DNA of 64,000 nt from an uncultured Desulfobacterales bacterium. GTDB lineage: Bacteria; Desulfobacterota; Desulfobacteria; Desulfobacterales; B30-G6. A program made the position numbers and the translations under genes. Position 1 is the first letter of the stretch. Each line of letters opens with the position of its first letter. Location of the stretch: NCBI GenBank assembly GCA_964452555.1, contig CAYVMI010000006.1, positions 9,880-73,879 of the forward strand. Direction: 5' to 3'. The notes beneath the pieces are model-generated. The model searched no databases. It had not been told where the DNA came from and worked only from the letters and a program-made list of their open reading frames with translations. Shown here one piece after another: positions 28,474-38,326 of this stretch.

Positions 28474-29334
28474 ATGAAAAAGACCGAAACAGAAAACCTC
28501 GTCAAAAAAGCCGTCGCGGGTTCGCGCCAAGCCCTTGAAACGGTTGTCAAACAGATACAACCGCCTGTCTATCGCTTGGCGTTGCGAATGTTATTTCATC
28601 CCCAGGATGCGGAAGATGCAACCCAGGAAATTCTGATAAAGATCATAACCCACTTACATGGATTCCGATTTGAAAGCACCTTCCGATCGTGGGCCCTGCG
28701 GATCGCTACCAACCATCTCAGCGGCATACGCAGAAGAAAATTCCGCATCCCCAATATGGACATGACTGAAGCTCAGAATATAATCGATCGCGCCGAGGCC
28801 CGGGGATGGTTTTCAGATCCATTGGCTGCCCCGGCCCCATTTCTGGAAGTCGAAATGATTTCGGCCTGTACCCAGGCACTGCTCCAGGCATTAAACCGGA
28901 ATCAACGGGTGGCCTTTATTCTAGGAGCTATTGTGGAAGTTACCAGTATTGAGGGTGCTTACATTCTCGATATTTCACCGGCTGCTTTCAGGAAACGCCT
29001 TTCCCGCGCCCGGCATTTAATTGTGGATTTTCTAGCTACCAACTGTGGTTTTTTCGAAAAATCCAATCGCTGCAGATGTGCCGGTATTGTGGCCGGACAT
29101 GTGGCATCCAATTGGATGGACGAAAAATATCCGGTATTTGGAACGCCTTCGGACGATAAAACCGATTTTCGCCAACTCCGGGACTATATGCGGGAACTGG
29201 ATGAAATCAGCAAAATGTCGGTGATGTTCAAATCATATCCCCGCAACCAAAGCACTTTAAATACAACCGATCTCCTTAAAACCTGCGTCCAGAATGATAA
29301 TTTTAGGATACTTTCGGAACCCCAACACACCTAG
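28474..29334 (+). CDS. ECF-type sigma-70 family factor with C-terminal extension
   Basis: Sigma-2 region DAEDATQEILIKI...FRSWALRIATNH and sigma-4 region SIEGAYILDISPAAFRKRLSRARHLI. These are followed by an extension of about 100 aa containing NCGFFEKSNRCRCAG. Confidence 0.8.
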   Translation: MKKTETENLVKKAVAGSRQALETVVKQIQPPVYRLALRMLFHPQDAEDATQEILIKIITHLHGFRFESTFRSWALRIATNHLSGIRRRKFRIPNMDMTEAQNIIDRAEARGWFSDPLAAPAPFLEVEMISACTQALLQALNRNQRVAFILGAIVEVTSIEGAYILDISPAAFRKRLSRARHLIVDFLATNCGFFEKSNRCRCAGIVAGHVASNWMDEKYPVFGTPSDDKTDFRQLRDYMRELDEISKMSVMFKSYPRNQSTLNTTDLLKTCVQNDNFRILSEPQHT

Positions 29335-29349
29335 TTTAAGGGAGAGACC

Positions 29350-30435
29350 ATGAAATCAGACGTATACAAAAAGTTATGTGAGACCATGGCTAAAAAAGGC
29401 GGCATGTATCCGGGCATGGATATCCCCGAGTTCTATGCACTTGCCCAAGAGCTCTTTTCTATTGAGGAAGCCCGACTGATTAACAACATCCCCAAAGGTT
29501 TCCATTCTGTAGACAGCATTGCGACGACTTCTACTGGTGACCCAGATCTGCTTGCCGGTATGCTTGCGGACATGTCCCAAAAAGGACTCTGTTTTTCCAT
29601 TAACAAAGGCGGCTCTCCTTTGTATTCCGTCCCACCTTTTGTTCCCGGAATATTTGAATATCAGTTCATGAGGGGTTCGGTTACCGATCACGATAAAAAA
29701 CTGGCCCGTCTGATCCAGGATTATAAAACAGCGGTGGATAAGTCCAAAAAGCGCATCGACGGTATATTTCCGGCCATGCGGGTTATTCCCGTTGATAAAA
29801 CCATTGAAGCCAAGAACCTCATTCATACCTATGATCAGGTAAAATCCTATATCGAAGCAAACGAACCGCTGGCGGTGAGCACCTGCTATTGCCGACATCA
29901 GGCCAAACTAATCGATGAAGAGGGCCATTGCGGAGTCCCTGATGAGGTGTGCCTGCAATTCGGAAGTGGCGCCGCCTTTGTGATTGAAAAGGGCATGGGT
30001 CGACAAATTCAAAAGCAAGAAGCTATGCGAATCCTTGATCAAGCCGCAGACGCCGGTTTGGTCCATTGCACCAACAACCGTCAGGAAATCGATTTTCTGT
30101 GTAACTGCTGCGCTTGCCATTGTGTGATATTAAAAAACGCTAAAGCCTACCAGAAACCGGGCCTTAACTTAAACTCCGGATTTATGCCGGTTTGGGATGC
30201 GGCCCATTGCACGGCCTGTGAAACCTGTATAGAGCGCTGTCCCATGGATGCGCTTCAAATGGGGGTCAACGATCTTCCTCAGTTGGATCTGGATCAATGC
30301 ATCGGCTGCGGCGTATGTGCCACCGGGTGCCCGGAAACGGCCATTATGATGAATCAACGCGAGGGGATGCACGTTCCACCCGTTGACAGAAAGGCCTTGA
30401 AAGCCGCCATTAAAGCAAGTTTACCGATATCCTAG
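29350..30435 (+). CDS. Cys-rich 4Fe-4S dicluster protein, uncharacterised family (paralog of 33773..34852)
   Basis: Contains CYCRHQ...HCG...VCLQFG...LCNCCACHCVILK plus two ferredoxin motifs, CTACETCIERCP and CIGCGVCATGCP. It starts 16 nt after the sigma-factor stop. Confidence 0.7.
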   Translation: MKSDVYKKLCETMAKKGGMYPGMDIPEFYALAQELFSIEEARLINNIPKGFHSVDSIATTSTGDPDLLAGMLADMSQKGLCFSINKGGSPLYSVPPFVPGIFEYQFMRGSVTDHDKKLARLIQDYKTAVDKSKKRIDGIFPAMRVIPVDKTIEAKNLIHTYDQVKSYIEANEPLAVSTCYCRHQAKLIDEEGHCGVPDEVCLQFGSGAAFVIEKGMGRQIQKQEAMRILDQAADAGLVHCTNNRQEIDFLCNCCACHCVILKNAKAYQKPGLNLNSGFMPVWDAAHCTACETCIERCPMDALQMGVNDLPQLDLDQCIGCGVCATGCPETAIMMNQREGMHVPPVDRKALKAAIKASLPIS

Positions 30436-30549
30436 CACGTATTAATCCTCGAAATTTTCAAATCCCATCGCGGCACCAGTAGAGTTCTTTTCGTTGCCAT
30501 CTTATTATTAGGCTCCAGGAATCTATTTAATAATCAAAGAGGAAATTAT

Positions 30550-31314
30550 ATGATAACTGATGAAATCCTTCGAATAGCAAAGAGTGAAAACGTTTCAGTT
30601 CTCGGTGCCGGTCCGGCATCAGACATGGCGGATGAACCACCGGGTTATCGGCCTGAAGATTTTCTGCCTGGTGTTAAAAGCCTGTTATGTTTTGGAATAC
30701 CCACACCAGGTGGTGTTTACGCTTCATCAATTTACAGTACAGAAATCACCTGGCGTTCCCAGAACCTAATATATCGCCGACTCGATACGCTTGCACTGCG
30801 ATTTTCCGCTTTACTGGAAGAAAACGGAGCCCGGGCAATTCCTATATTCGGCTGTATGCCTCTTGGGGTTAACGAAAAAGGAACGGTGGTCGGTTTTTTG
30901 AACCAGATTCGAATGGCTGAAACAACCGGGATCGGCGTAATCGGCAAAAATGGTTTGCTGATAAATTCTCAGTACGGTTCGAAATTGATGTTAGGAGGCC
31001 TTCTCACGACAGCATCTCTACCTGTGACACGTTTTCCAGAATCCAATGAATCCGGCTGCCCGTCCAACTGTCAAATATGTTCAGATGCCTGTCCTGTAAA
31101 TGCCATTATGCCGGAGAAAAAGCAGGTAAAAATTATGCGTTGTTTGAGCTACACGGCCCAAACGCCAGCCATGTCAAAAATCAAGTTTCTATATCTCAGG
31201 GCATTCAAGAAAACGGCGGCGGCCCGGTATATGAGCATAACCTCATTTGACGAGCACACCTTCCACATTTGCTCAAAATGCGTATCCCTTTGCCCTTATG
31301 GCCAAAATAAATAA
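30550..31314 (+). CDS. QueG/reductive-dehalogenase-like Fe-S protein
   Basis: CPSNCQICSDACPVNAI and ICSKCVSLCPYG motifs. The N-terminal region resembles the DUF1730-type region of epoxyqueuosine reductase. Weak assignment. Confidence 0.5.
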   Translation: MITDEILRIAKSENVSVLGAGPASDMADEPPGYRPEDFLPGVKSLLCFGIPTPGGVYASSIYSTEITWRSQNLIYRRLDTLALRFSALLEENGARAIPIFGCMPLGVNEKGTVVGFLNQIRMAETTGIGVIGKNGLLINSQYGSKLMLGGLLTTASLPVTRFPESNESGCPSNCQICSDACPVNAIMPEKKQVKIMRCLSYTAQTPAMSKIKFLYLRAFKKTAAARYMSITSFDEHTFHICSKCVSLCPYGQNK

Positions 31315-31334
31315 CGTTCTAACAGGGCTTATGG

Positions 31335-31499
31335 AAGCTATCTCAAAAATTGGATTATGGTTCTCCTCTACATGCTCGGAGTCGAGGACATGGTCAAAGG
31401 CGGCCGGAATACTGCATTATTGAGGAATGATGCCGAACGACCAAAGCATGAGATTTATCCGCTAAAAGCGGATTAGCCAAAAGATTTAATGGATAGCTT
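31335..31499. repeat. long imperfect palindrome, possible degenerate family B copy
   Basis: The outer arm AAGCTATCTCAAAAATTGG pairs roughly with CCAAAAGATTTAATGGATAGCTT. The centre GGCGGCCGGAATACTGCATTATTGAGGAA resembles the family B apex. It abuts the stop of the minus-strand gene at 31500. Confidence 0.35.
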
Positions 31500-31829
31500 T
31501 TATTTGGGTGGAAGTGTTTTGGCGAAATCAATCCCCCTTTGTAGCCAAGATTTAAGTTCAGCATCCGATTGATAACCCTCAGAGGATACCATCACCCAAC
31601 CTGTCATGGGCCTGCCGGTTATGTCGAATTGCCTGGTATGGGGCAAGGCCAGGCAGTCTTCATAGGCTTCTTTGCCAACCCGGACGATAATGTCGTCGTT
31701 TCGAATACCACAAGCCATATTGCCATTCAGTAAAAAACAGATCCCGCCAAACATTTTCTTTTCCACAAAACCCGGATTTTTCTGCATCTGGTTGCGAATG
31801 CGTTGTGCCGATGATTCGTTGTAAGCCAT
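31500..31829 (-). CDS. TfoX N-terminal domain protein
   Basis: EKKMFGGICFLLNGNMACGI is typical of the TfoX/Sxy N-domain. Confidence 0.7.
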   Translation of the reverse strand: MAYNESSAQRIRNQMQKNPGFVEKKMFGGICFLLNGNMACGIRNDDIIVRVGKEAYEDCLALPHTRQFDITGRPMTGWVMVSSEGYQSDAELKSWLQRGIDFAKTLPPK

Positions 31830-32048
31830 CTTCCTTCCCTCCTACCTAAATTGAGCGTTCCAAATATTAAGAATGGTGTAATTCTAATAAATTTCAAAGG
31901 ATCGTATCGATCAGAATTCTTAAAATTTGAATGGTAATATAAATTTGGTGATCCAATCGTTTGTTGTTCCCATAATAAAAGTATTATATGCTGTTATGTC
32001 AATCTGTTTGCAAATCATATCCAAAAACATTCGGGCAATGGAGGAATC

Positions 32049-33692
32049 ATGAAAAAAATAAAGATTTGTGCCCTAATCGTTTTTCTCTGTCTAACGGGCA
32101 CTGCTCATGCTGAGCAGTATGTTTCCACCAAGATATCAGAAGTCACCCTATTCTCCAACCAGGCTCTGGTTGTCAGGGAAGGGCGCGTAAACCTTGTGCC
32201 CGGTATGAATCAATTGCTGGTTGAAACAACTGCATTTGCCATTGACCAAGATGCACTGACCGCCCAGGTATTCGGCAACGGCGAAATGATCAGCGTACAA
32301 TTTAAATTAATACCATTATCCGAATATCCCCAGGATCAGGTACGGATGATTCAAGAAAAAATACGTGAAAAACAACGATCACGTCGGGTTCTGACAGATA
32401 AAAAGGCCGTTTTGGGCAAAAAATCCGTTTTTTTAGATAGCTTGATTGATTTTTCACAGACCCAAATCCCCAAAGATGTCCAAACAAGCTTTCCCAACCT
32501 AGCAGACATACGCGAAACCATGGATTTTATCAGTGCCGCTGCCGGCATGATTGATACCGAAAACCAAAATATCGACAGGGCTATTTTTGAAACCGACCTG
32601 GAAATAAAACGCCTCAAAAAAGAACTGGCTGCCGTTCGCGGCCTGGGTGGAACCGCCAAACAGGCCATTGAAATCTTGTTCAATGCTCCTAAAAAAGAAA
32701 CCGTGCGTCTAAGAGTTGAGTACCTTGTACATCGTGCTGCCTGGCAACCCCTATATAAAGTTGCCGTTCCCGCCAGTCTTAACGAGCTGACGCTTTCCAT
32801 GCAGGCCCAAATATCACAAAAATCAGGTGAAAACTGGCCGGATATCGGACTCTCTGTTTCCAATGTCATCCCCATGAAAGGCATCCATCTACCCCATTTG
32901 CAATCCTGGAACCTGGACATTCCCAGACCGGCCCCCCTGATGTCGCGAAAATCACGTGCAAAAGTCATGGCCGAAGCCCCTGCAACCCAAGCCCTGGAGG
33001 CGGAAGCCTTCGTGGAGGAAGACCGGATGCCGGCTGAGTTTGCTGCGGCCGTTGCCAAGGAACTGCCGCTTTCCTTTGAATACCAAATACCATTCCCGGT
33101 CGATATCGAATCTCGAGATCAGATCACCATCTTGCCCCTTTTGACCAAAAAGATTGCGGCCCGGATGTTTCACTATAGTGTCCCGGCCAAAAATTCCTTG
33201 ACCTTTTTGGTGGCCGAAGCCGAGGCAGACCAGGAGCTTTTGGCCGGCAAACTGAATGTCTATTTTGCCGGTCGCTTTATCGGCGACACCTATCTGGCCG
33301 AGAAAAAGCCAGGCCAATCATTTTCAATGAATCTCGGTGCTGACCGCGGTATCAAGGTCCGCAGGGAAAAAATTCTGGACAAGATCAAAGAAACCTATTT
33401 CGGAAAAATTCAGCGAGATACAGTAGTCAGGTCCTTTGCTTATAAAATTACAGCCGAAAATATCAAAGACAGACCCGCTTTATTAAAAATTTTGGACAGC
33501 GTTCCAATTTCAAGAACAGACAAAATTGAAGTTCGCGATCTTAAGATACAGCCCAAGCCGACCGAGCAGGATTATCAAGACAAAGCCGGAGTGCATCTGT
33601 GGGCTTTTGATCTGGCACCCGGTGGTAAAAGGGAAATCAGTATCGAGTTTACGGTGACGTATCCAAAGGAGTCACCGCCCCATGGCCTCTAA
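32049..33692 (+). CDS. DUF4139/DUF4140 (mucoidy-inhibitor MuiA-like) secreted protein
   Basis: Signal peptide, then ISEVTLFSNQALVVREGRVNLVPGMNQLLVE (DUF4140-like). A coiled middle region and a C-terminal beta-rich region follow, ending in REISIEFTVTYPK. Confidence 0.65.
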   Translation: MKKIKICALIVFLCLTGTAHAEQYVSTKISEVTLFSNQALVVREGRVNLVPGMNQLLVETTAFAIDQDALTAQVFGNGEMISVQFKLIPLSEYPQDQVRMIQEKIREKQRSRRVLTDKKAVLGKKSVFLDSLIDFSQTQIPKDVQTSFPNLADIRETMDFISAAAGMIDTENQNIDRAIFETDLEIKRLKKELAAVRGLGGTAKQAIEILFNAPKKETVRLRVEYLVHRAAWQPLYKVAVPASLNELTLSMQAQISQKSGENWPDIGLSVSNVIPMKGIHLPHLQSWNLDIPRPAPLMSRKSRAKVMAEAPATQALEAEAFVEEDRMPAEFAAAVAKELPLSFEYQIPFPVDIESRDQITILPLLTKKIAARMFHYSVPAKNSLTFLVAEAEADQELLAGKLNVYFAGRFIGDTYLAEKKPGQSFSMNLGADRGIKVRREKILDKIKETYFGKIQRDTVVRSFAYKITAENIKDRPALLKILDSVPISRTDKIEVRDLKIQPKPTEQDYQDKAGVHLWAFDLAPGGKREISIEFTVTYPKESPPHGL

Positions 33693-33772
33693 TACCCGAA
33701 TTTTGGAGCCATTTCCTCCAACTAAACTGGAGAAGAACCCAAACAATATAGTGTACCTAGGAGGTGTATTAT

Positions 33773-34852
33773 ATGACGGATGTATATAAACAACTTGCTG
33801 ACAGACTCGATCAGCTGCCCCATGGATATCCAGCAACCGAAAGCGGCGTCGAATTGAAGATCCTACAAAAGATTTTCTCGCCGGAAGATGCTGAGATGGC
33901 CTTGAAGATGAAATATTTTCCTGAAACCGCTGAAAAAATCGCAGGCCGCCTGGGTGAACCTGTTGAAGAAGTATGTACAACACTGGATGCGATGGCAAAA
34001 AAGGGACAAATTGGAAGTTCAACCAGCAAAGGCAAGCAAAAATATTCACTGGCACCATTCGTCGTCGGAATTTACGAGTATCAGTTGGAGCGGCTGGACA
34101 AGGAACTGGTCGACCTGTTTGAAGAGTATTTTCCGTTTTTGTCCAAGTCTCTCGGTGGATATAAGCCTGCCATCGCGCGGACGATACCCATTAATACGAA
34201 CCTAAAGCAGGATTATCAAGTTCAGCCCTATGAAAATCTAAGCGGAATGCTTGATCAGGCCAATTCCTTTCGCGTGATGGATTGCATCTGCCGCAAGGAA
34301 CGGTCAATTTCCGGAAATCCTTGTGATCATTCTTTGGAAGTGTGCCTCGGTTTTTCAAAGGAAGAAGGCGCATACGACTATTTCTCAAGAAGCGGTCGTA
34401 TCATATCCAAAAAAGAAGCATTTAAAATTGTTGCCCAGGCTGAAGAAGAAGGCTTGATACACAACGTGTTCTACAACACCAAAGAAGGCCAGGGCGCCGT
34501 GTGCAATTGCTGCTCATGCTGCTGCGGTGTGATACGGGCTGCAAAGGAATTTGGTGCGGCTCATACGCTTGCAAAGAGCAACTACCTAGCCCTGATCGAT
34601 CCGGATGAATGCATTGCATGCGGTGACTGTACGGATGAACGCTGCCAGATGGAGGCTATTTCCGTTGAAGATGATGTTTATACGGTTATCAATGAGCTGT
34701 GTATTGGTTGTGGTGTTTGCACGATATCCTGTCCAACCGATGCGATCAGTCTGGTTGAAAGGCCTATAGAAGATCAGGATGTACCCCCAATTGACTTTGA
34801 GGATTGGAGTTTGAAAAGAGCAGCAAACAGGGGGATCGAATTTAAAGGATAG
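33773..34852 (+). CDS. Cys-rich 4Fe-4S dicluster protein, paralog of 29350..30435
   Basis: The ATG at 33773 follows AGGAGG (33759-33764) at 8 nt. CICRKERS...PCDHSLEVCLGFS...VCNCCSCCCGVIR plus CIACGDCTDERC and CIGCGVCTISCP. Collinear with the 29350 protein. Confidence 0.7.
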   Translation: MTDVYKQLADRLDQLPHGYPATESGVELKILQKIFSPEDAEMALKMKYFPETAEKIAGRLGEPVEEVCTTLDAMAKKGQIGSSTSKGKQKYSLAPFVVGIYEYQLERLDKELVDLFEEYFPFLSKSLGGYKPAIARTIPINTNLKQDYQVQPYENLSGMLDQANSFRVMDCICRKERSISGNPCDHSLEVCLGFSKEEGAYDYFSRSGRIISKKEAFKIVAQAEEEGLIHNVFYNTKEGQGAVCNCCSCCCGVIRAAKEFGAAHTLAKSNYLALIDPDECIACGDCTDERCQMEAISVEDDVYTVINELCIGCGVCTISCPTDAISLVERPIEDQDVPPIDFEDWSLKRAANRGIEFKG

Positions 34853-35189
34853 GCTGCTTTTGGATTTGAAGGCGGGATTGCGGCAAACTAACTATCTAAA
34901 ATAGATGCATAAAGACATTGAAGATATAATAGAAATTGACATAACAGCTGCATGAATCCAATTTGGAATGATGGAAATTATTTATTTTATATCCCGTCTA
35001 TCCCTTTAAAGCTTCATCCTTACATTTTAGTGCTTGGCCTAATATTAAATCGAAAGGCTATTATCATTTCTTAATATTTCAGAAGGTTAACCGTGAGTTT
35101 GCCTGCGAGTTCAGCAAATCCCGTGAGATGCCATGTTCGGCGCTGTTTAGAATTTGCATAAAATTTTGTTGTTTTTAGAAAGCTATAAA

Positions 35190-36374
35190 TCAGGGTGTTC
35201 GTCGTGGTTCCGTGCGTTTCATGAATTCATCGAACAAAGGGACAGTGAATGCAGAGTAACCATATTTCGGGCTGTAGATCATGCCGTTTTGTATGAGGCC
35301 CTCACGAGTTGGACCTAGCTGCGATGTCTCTTTCCCTATCAATTTGGCAACGTCGCCGGATCTATGGGGACCGGGACCAAGTTCCGCCATGGCGCGCAGA
35401 TAGGATTTTTGCTGATCGGAAAGACGCTCATATCTAGAATGAAAGAAGTTCTGATCCAGTCTCTGAAACGCAACCTTAGAGCATTTTTCGACATCGACGC
35501 GGGTAATCGGAGACCTCCTAGCTGAATTCCAGACTTGATAACCCCATTCCTGAACGAAATATGGGTAGCCTTGTGTTTCCTCCAAGATAAGATCTACAGC
35601 ATCAGCGTTGATTTTTACGCCGCTTTCCTCAAGAGGTCCTGCGAGCGCACGCCTTACATCCCCGGGTGACAAGGCACCGATACGGGGATATTCAAAGAGT
35701 CTTTCCGCATAGGATTTGGCATCGCCAGTAAGTTTGACGAGCAGTGGCAAACCGGCACCGATAATCAGGACTGGAAGCTTCTTCTGATCGACCCGATGAA
35801 CCGCCATTATCAACGCCTCAAATTCTTCCTTAGGCAGGTTCTGGATTTCGTCGATCAGAATTACGATCGAAGACACCCTTGATTCAGCTGCCTCACCGGC
35901 TGCTACGAAAAGCTCGGCAAGGTCACGAGTAAGCATTCCGCTGTCGGCTACCCCGGCTTCTGAATCGACATCCAGAAAGAATTCGACATCCTGATGTTTC
36001 AACTTGACGGCGCCGACGAAGCTTTTTAAGACCCGCAGTCCTTGTTTCACTTTTTCGCTGAGACCTTTTAGCCGGTCAAGTTTGAGCAGAGCGGCACGCA
36101 TGGTGGCAATGATGACCACGGAAAGGGGCTCGTTCTTGCTGACTTCGATGAAGTCCGTAAAGGCGTCCTCTCGTTCAGCGATAGCCTGGACCTCATTTAG
36201 AAGGACGGTCTTCCCTACACCACGCAAGCCGACATAGATGAAGCTCCGTTCTGACTTGCCGCCCTTGTTACGCTGAATTGCGAGGGTGGCGTCATTCAGA
36301 ATGGAATCCCGCCCGGCCAGCTCCGGCGGAGGAGCCCCAGCCCCCGGAGCGAATGGATTTGCAATGGCCTTCAT
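35190..36374 (-). CDS. AAA/STAND-type ATPase with C-terminal winged-helix-like region
   Basis: Walker A GLRGVGKTVLLNEV and Walker B IVILIDEIQNL. The C-terminal SDQQKSYLRAMAELG...SGDVAKLIG resembles a wHTH. Confidence 0.75.
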   Translation of the reverse strand: MKAIANPFAPGAGAPPPELAGRDSILNDATLAIQRNKGGKSERSFIYVGLRGVGKTVLLNEVQAIAEREDAFTDFIEVSKNEPLSVVIIATMRAALLKLDRLKGLSEKVKQGLRVLKSFVGAVKLKHQDVEFFLDVDSEAGVADSGMLTRDLAELFVAAGEAAESRVSSIVILIDEIQNLPKEEFEALIMAVHRVDQKKLPVLIIGAGLPLLVKLTGDAKSYAERLFEYPRIGALSPGDVRRALAGPLEESGVKINADAVDLILEETQGYPYFVQEWGYQVWNSARRSPITRVDVEKCSKVAFQRLDQNFFHSRYERLSDQQKSYLRAMAELGPGPHRSGDVAKLIGKETSQLGPTREGLIQNGMIYSPKYGYSAFTVPLFDEFMKRTEPRRTP

Positions 36375-36509
36375 ACACTTGAACCTATAAGTAGTTTATG
36401 GATGAGCGACATAAACTTCCTACAACTTGTTTCGGTGGTAGAGCAAAAAAGTTTACCATAAATAGACGTAAACTTCAATTGCGGAGGTTGTGCTATTAGC
36501 AATTGAGAT

Positions 36510-36575
36510 TCACCCAATCAACTCTGGCAGGGGTACCCTGGTACAAGGATCTAATGGATTGGTAGTGGCCTTCAT
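36510..36575 (-). pseudogene. 5' fragment of a second ATPase paralog
   Basis: MKATTNPLDPCTRVPLPELIG* aligns with the MKAIANPFAPGAGAPPPELAGRD start of the 36374 gene. Its upstream leader is also duplicated. Confidence 0.5.
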
Positions 36576-36751
36576 GTATCCAAACCCATAGATTAGTTTA
36601 TGAGCAAGGAACGTAAACTTTCTATAACCTGCTTCCGAAAATTCCTTAAACCAAACAACCACAATGAGGGGCTTTTTAAAGCGTAGCGAGGTATGAGCTT
36701 AGTTTTGAAAAGCCCTCTCAATTGTGAGGTTAGCAGACAATAACATTTCGG

Positions 36752-37606
36752 TCATTGGTTTCCATATAAAACGATCTGCATATCTCTGATAATTCTCTTA
36801 TATGCTTCATATTGATCCTTGCTAAATTCATAGAGCATTTTGTGATGTTTATCGATCATGGAAGGTATATCTGAAAAAAAAACTTCAATTTCCTTTAAAC
36901 TCTTTAATCTATAGAATTTGATGATATCCCAAAAATCACTAAACATGTAATAATAAATATTTGTATTTAAGAAACTACGAGCTTCAAACTCAATAACCCA
37001 AGGGATATTATATTCATCTGGGAATTCAGATTCATTGGGTAGCTCGGGATTATCTTTGAACGGCTCATTTTTTATTCTTAGAAAGGGTTTATATAATTCC
37101 TGGCATTGAAGTGTTGCTTTGCTCACCAAATTAGTTAATACCTTACAACCTCTCTCAGTAAAAATTTCCGGACAATAACGACATAATAACCAAAGCAAAT
37201 CATTAATATTATATAAAATATTCTTTCCTTTTAGCCTGAAAATGGTTTTGACCTGCCCAGTACCAAGAATGAGAGTATCCCTAATTAAATCCCTATAAAA
37301 GTCATGGTACATAGCACCATCACACTCGACAATTACCTTTTGCTCACCACATTTGATGAAAAAATCAACTCTATACGTTTTGCAAAAAGTAACTATCTCT
37401 TTTTGGGGTATAACTTCGGTACTAGATGAAATGTATTTAAAAATATGATATGCAAATTCATCCTCAATCGGACTATCATATGGAGGATCAAAATAAGCAA
37501 TCGGAATGATCGACTCTTTATACTGAAGCAAGAAATCCTTATCATCATTTTTTTCTGACTTTTTGCCCATAGATTTAGCTGCTAATGGCTTTTTTAGAGG
37601 CGACAC
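36752..37606 (-). CDS. PD-(D/E)xK (DUF559/Vsr-like) nuclease-domain protein with unknown C-terminal domain
   Basis: SPIEDEFAYHIFKY...YRVDFFIKCGEQKVIVECDGAMYH matches the E...YRxDF...IExDGxxH pattern of DUF559-type endonucleases. Very AT-rich gene with a GTG start. Confidence 0.55.
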   Translation of the reverse strand: MSPLKKPLAAKSMGKKSEKNDDKDFLLQYKESIIPIAYFDPPYDSPIEDEFAYHIFKYISSSTEVIPQKEIVTFCKTYRVDFFIKCGEQKVIVECDGAMYHDFYRDLIRDTLILGTGQVKTIFRLKGKNILYNINDLLWLLCRYCPEIFTERGCKVLTNLVSKATLQCQELYKPFLRIKNEPFKDNPELPNESEFPDEYNIPWVIEFEARSFLNTNIYYYMFSDFWDIIKFYRLKSLKEIEVFFSDIPSMIDKHHKMLYEFSKDQYEAYKRIIRDMQIVLYGNQ

Positions 37607-37801
37607 AGACCTCGCCGTCCTGTGGACACTAATGTAAGTTCTATTCCATTAATCGGAACCAATCTTTAACAGTTAACGTTTGTCGCACCACTTCATCCTC
37701 GGCAAGCGCGCTACAGGTATTTATATCGGCTGCCATCGCAGCCTTAGAAGTTTTTGCATTTCTAGTGCTTTTTATAAGAGATGTTGGGGTGCCCTCACTA
37801 T

Positions 37802-37987
37802 TTAACAGTCATATTTTTTTGCCAATGATATAAATGCGTTCGGACTACCACCCGGAAAATTCAATTCAGCAGATAGATAATTCTGAGTAAACCTATCCAG
37901 TGTTGCTGCAACTTTAATTTTGTCTAGGATTTTTGAAATGGTGCCCGTTACATTCATGTATGTTGGGTAATTCTTCGCCATGTTCAA
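37802..37987 (-). pseudogene. short ORF resembling the N-terminus of DUF5343-type proteins, likely truncated
   Basis: PTYMNVTGTISKILDKIKVAATLDRFTQNYLSAELNFPGGSPNAFISLAKK resembles the start of a longer family from memory. It ends after 61 aa. Confidence 0.3.
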
Positions 37988-38326
37988 TCTCCTATCAAAA
38001 ACTAACAGTGTTAATCCGAGGAAAATTTCTACATATTTCTAAAAGAAGTCAATAAGGCAGAAAATTAGAATTGCTTTTTATATATTGATTTTATTGCCAT
38101 ACATCTTGGAAATCAACACAAAATTTAAAGCAGACCCTAAGCGAAGGCATTTGAGTCAGGTTCGTTAGGTAATACGTTAAGTTCATTTTACCTATCGAAC
38201 CTAAAAACGTTTTGCGATTAAATTATTCGTTTTATCCGATTTCATCAATCTAAAAGGCGTACAGTTGTTAATGGTTTCGCGATTTGAGTTGCGACAACCT
38301 AGCCTTCCAACAACCTATCCTCGGTT

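Noticed and set aside
32351-33058. 235-aa minus-strand ORF
   Set aside because: It is antisense to the DUF4139 gene. Its Ala/Arg/Ser-rich composition is typical of reverse-frame translation.
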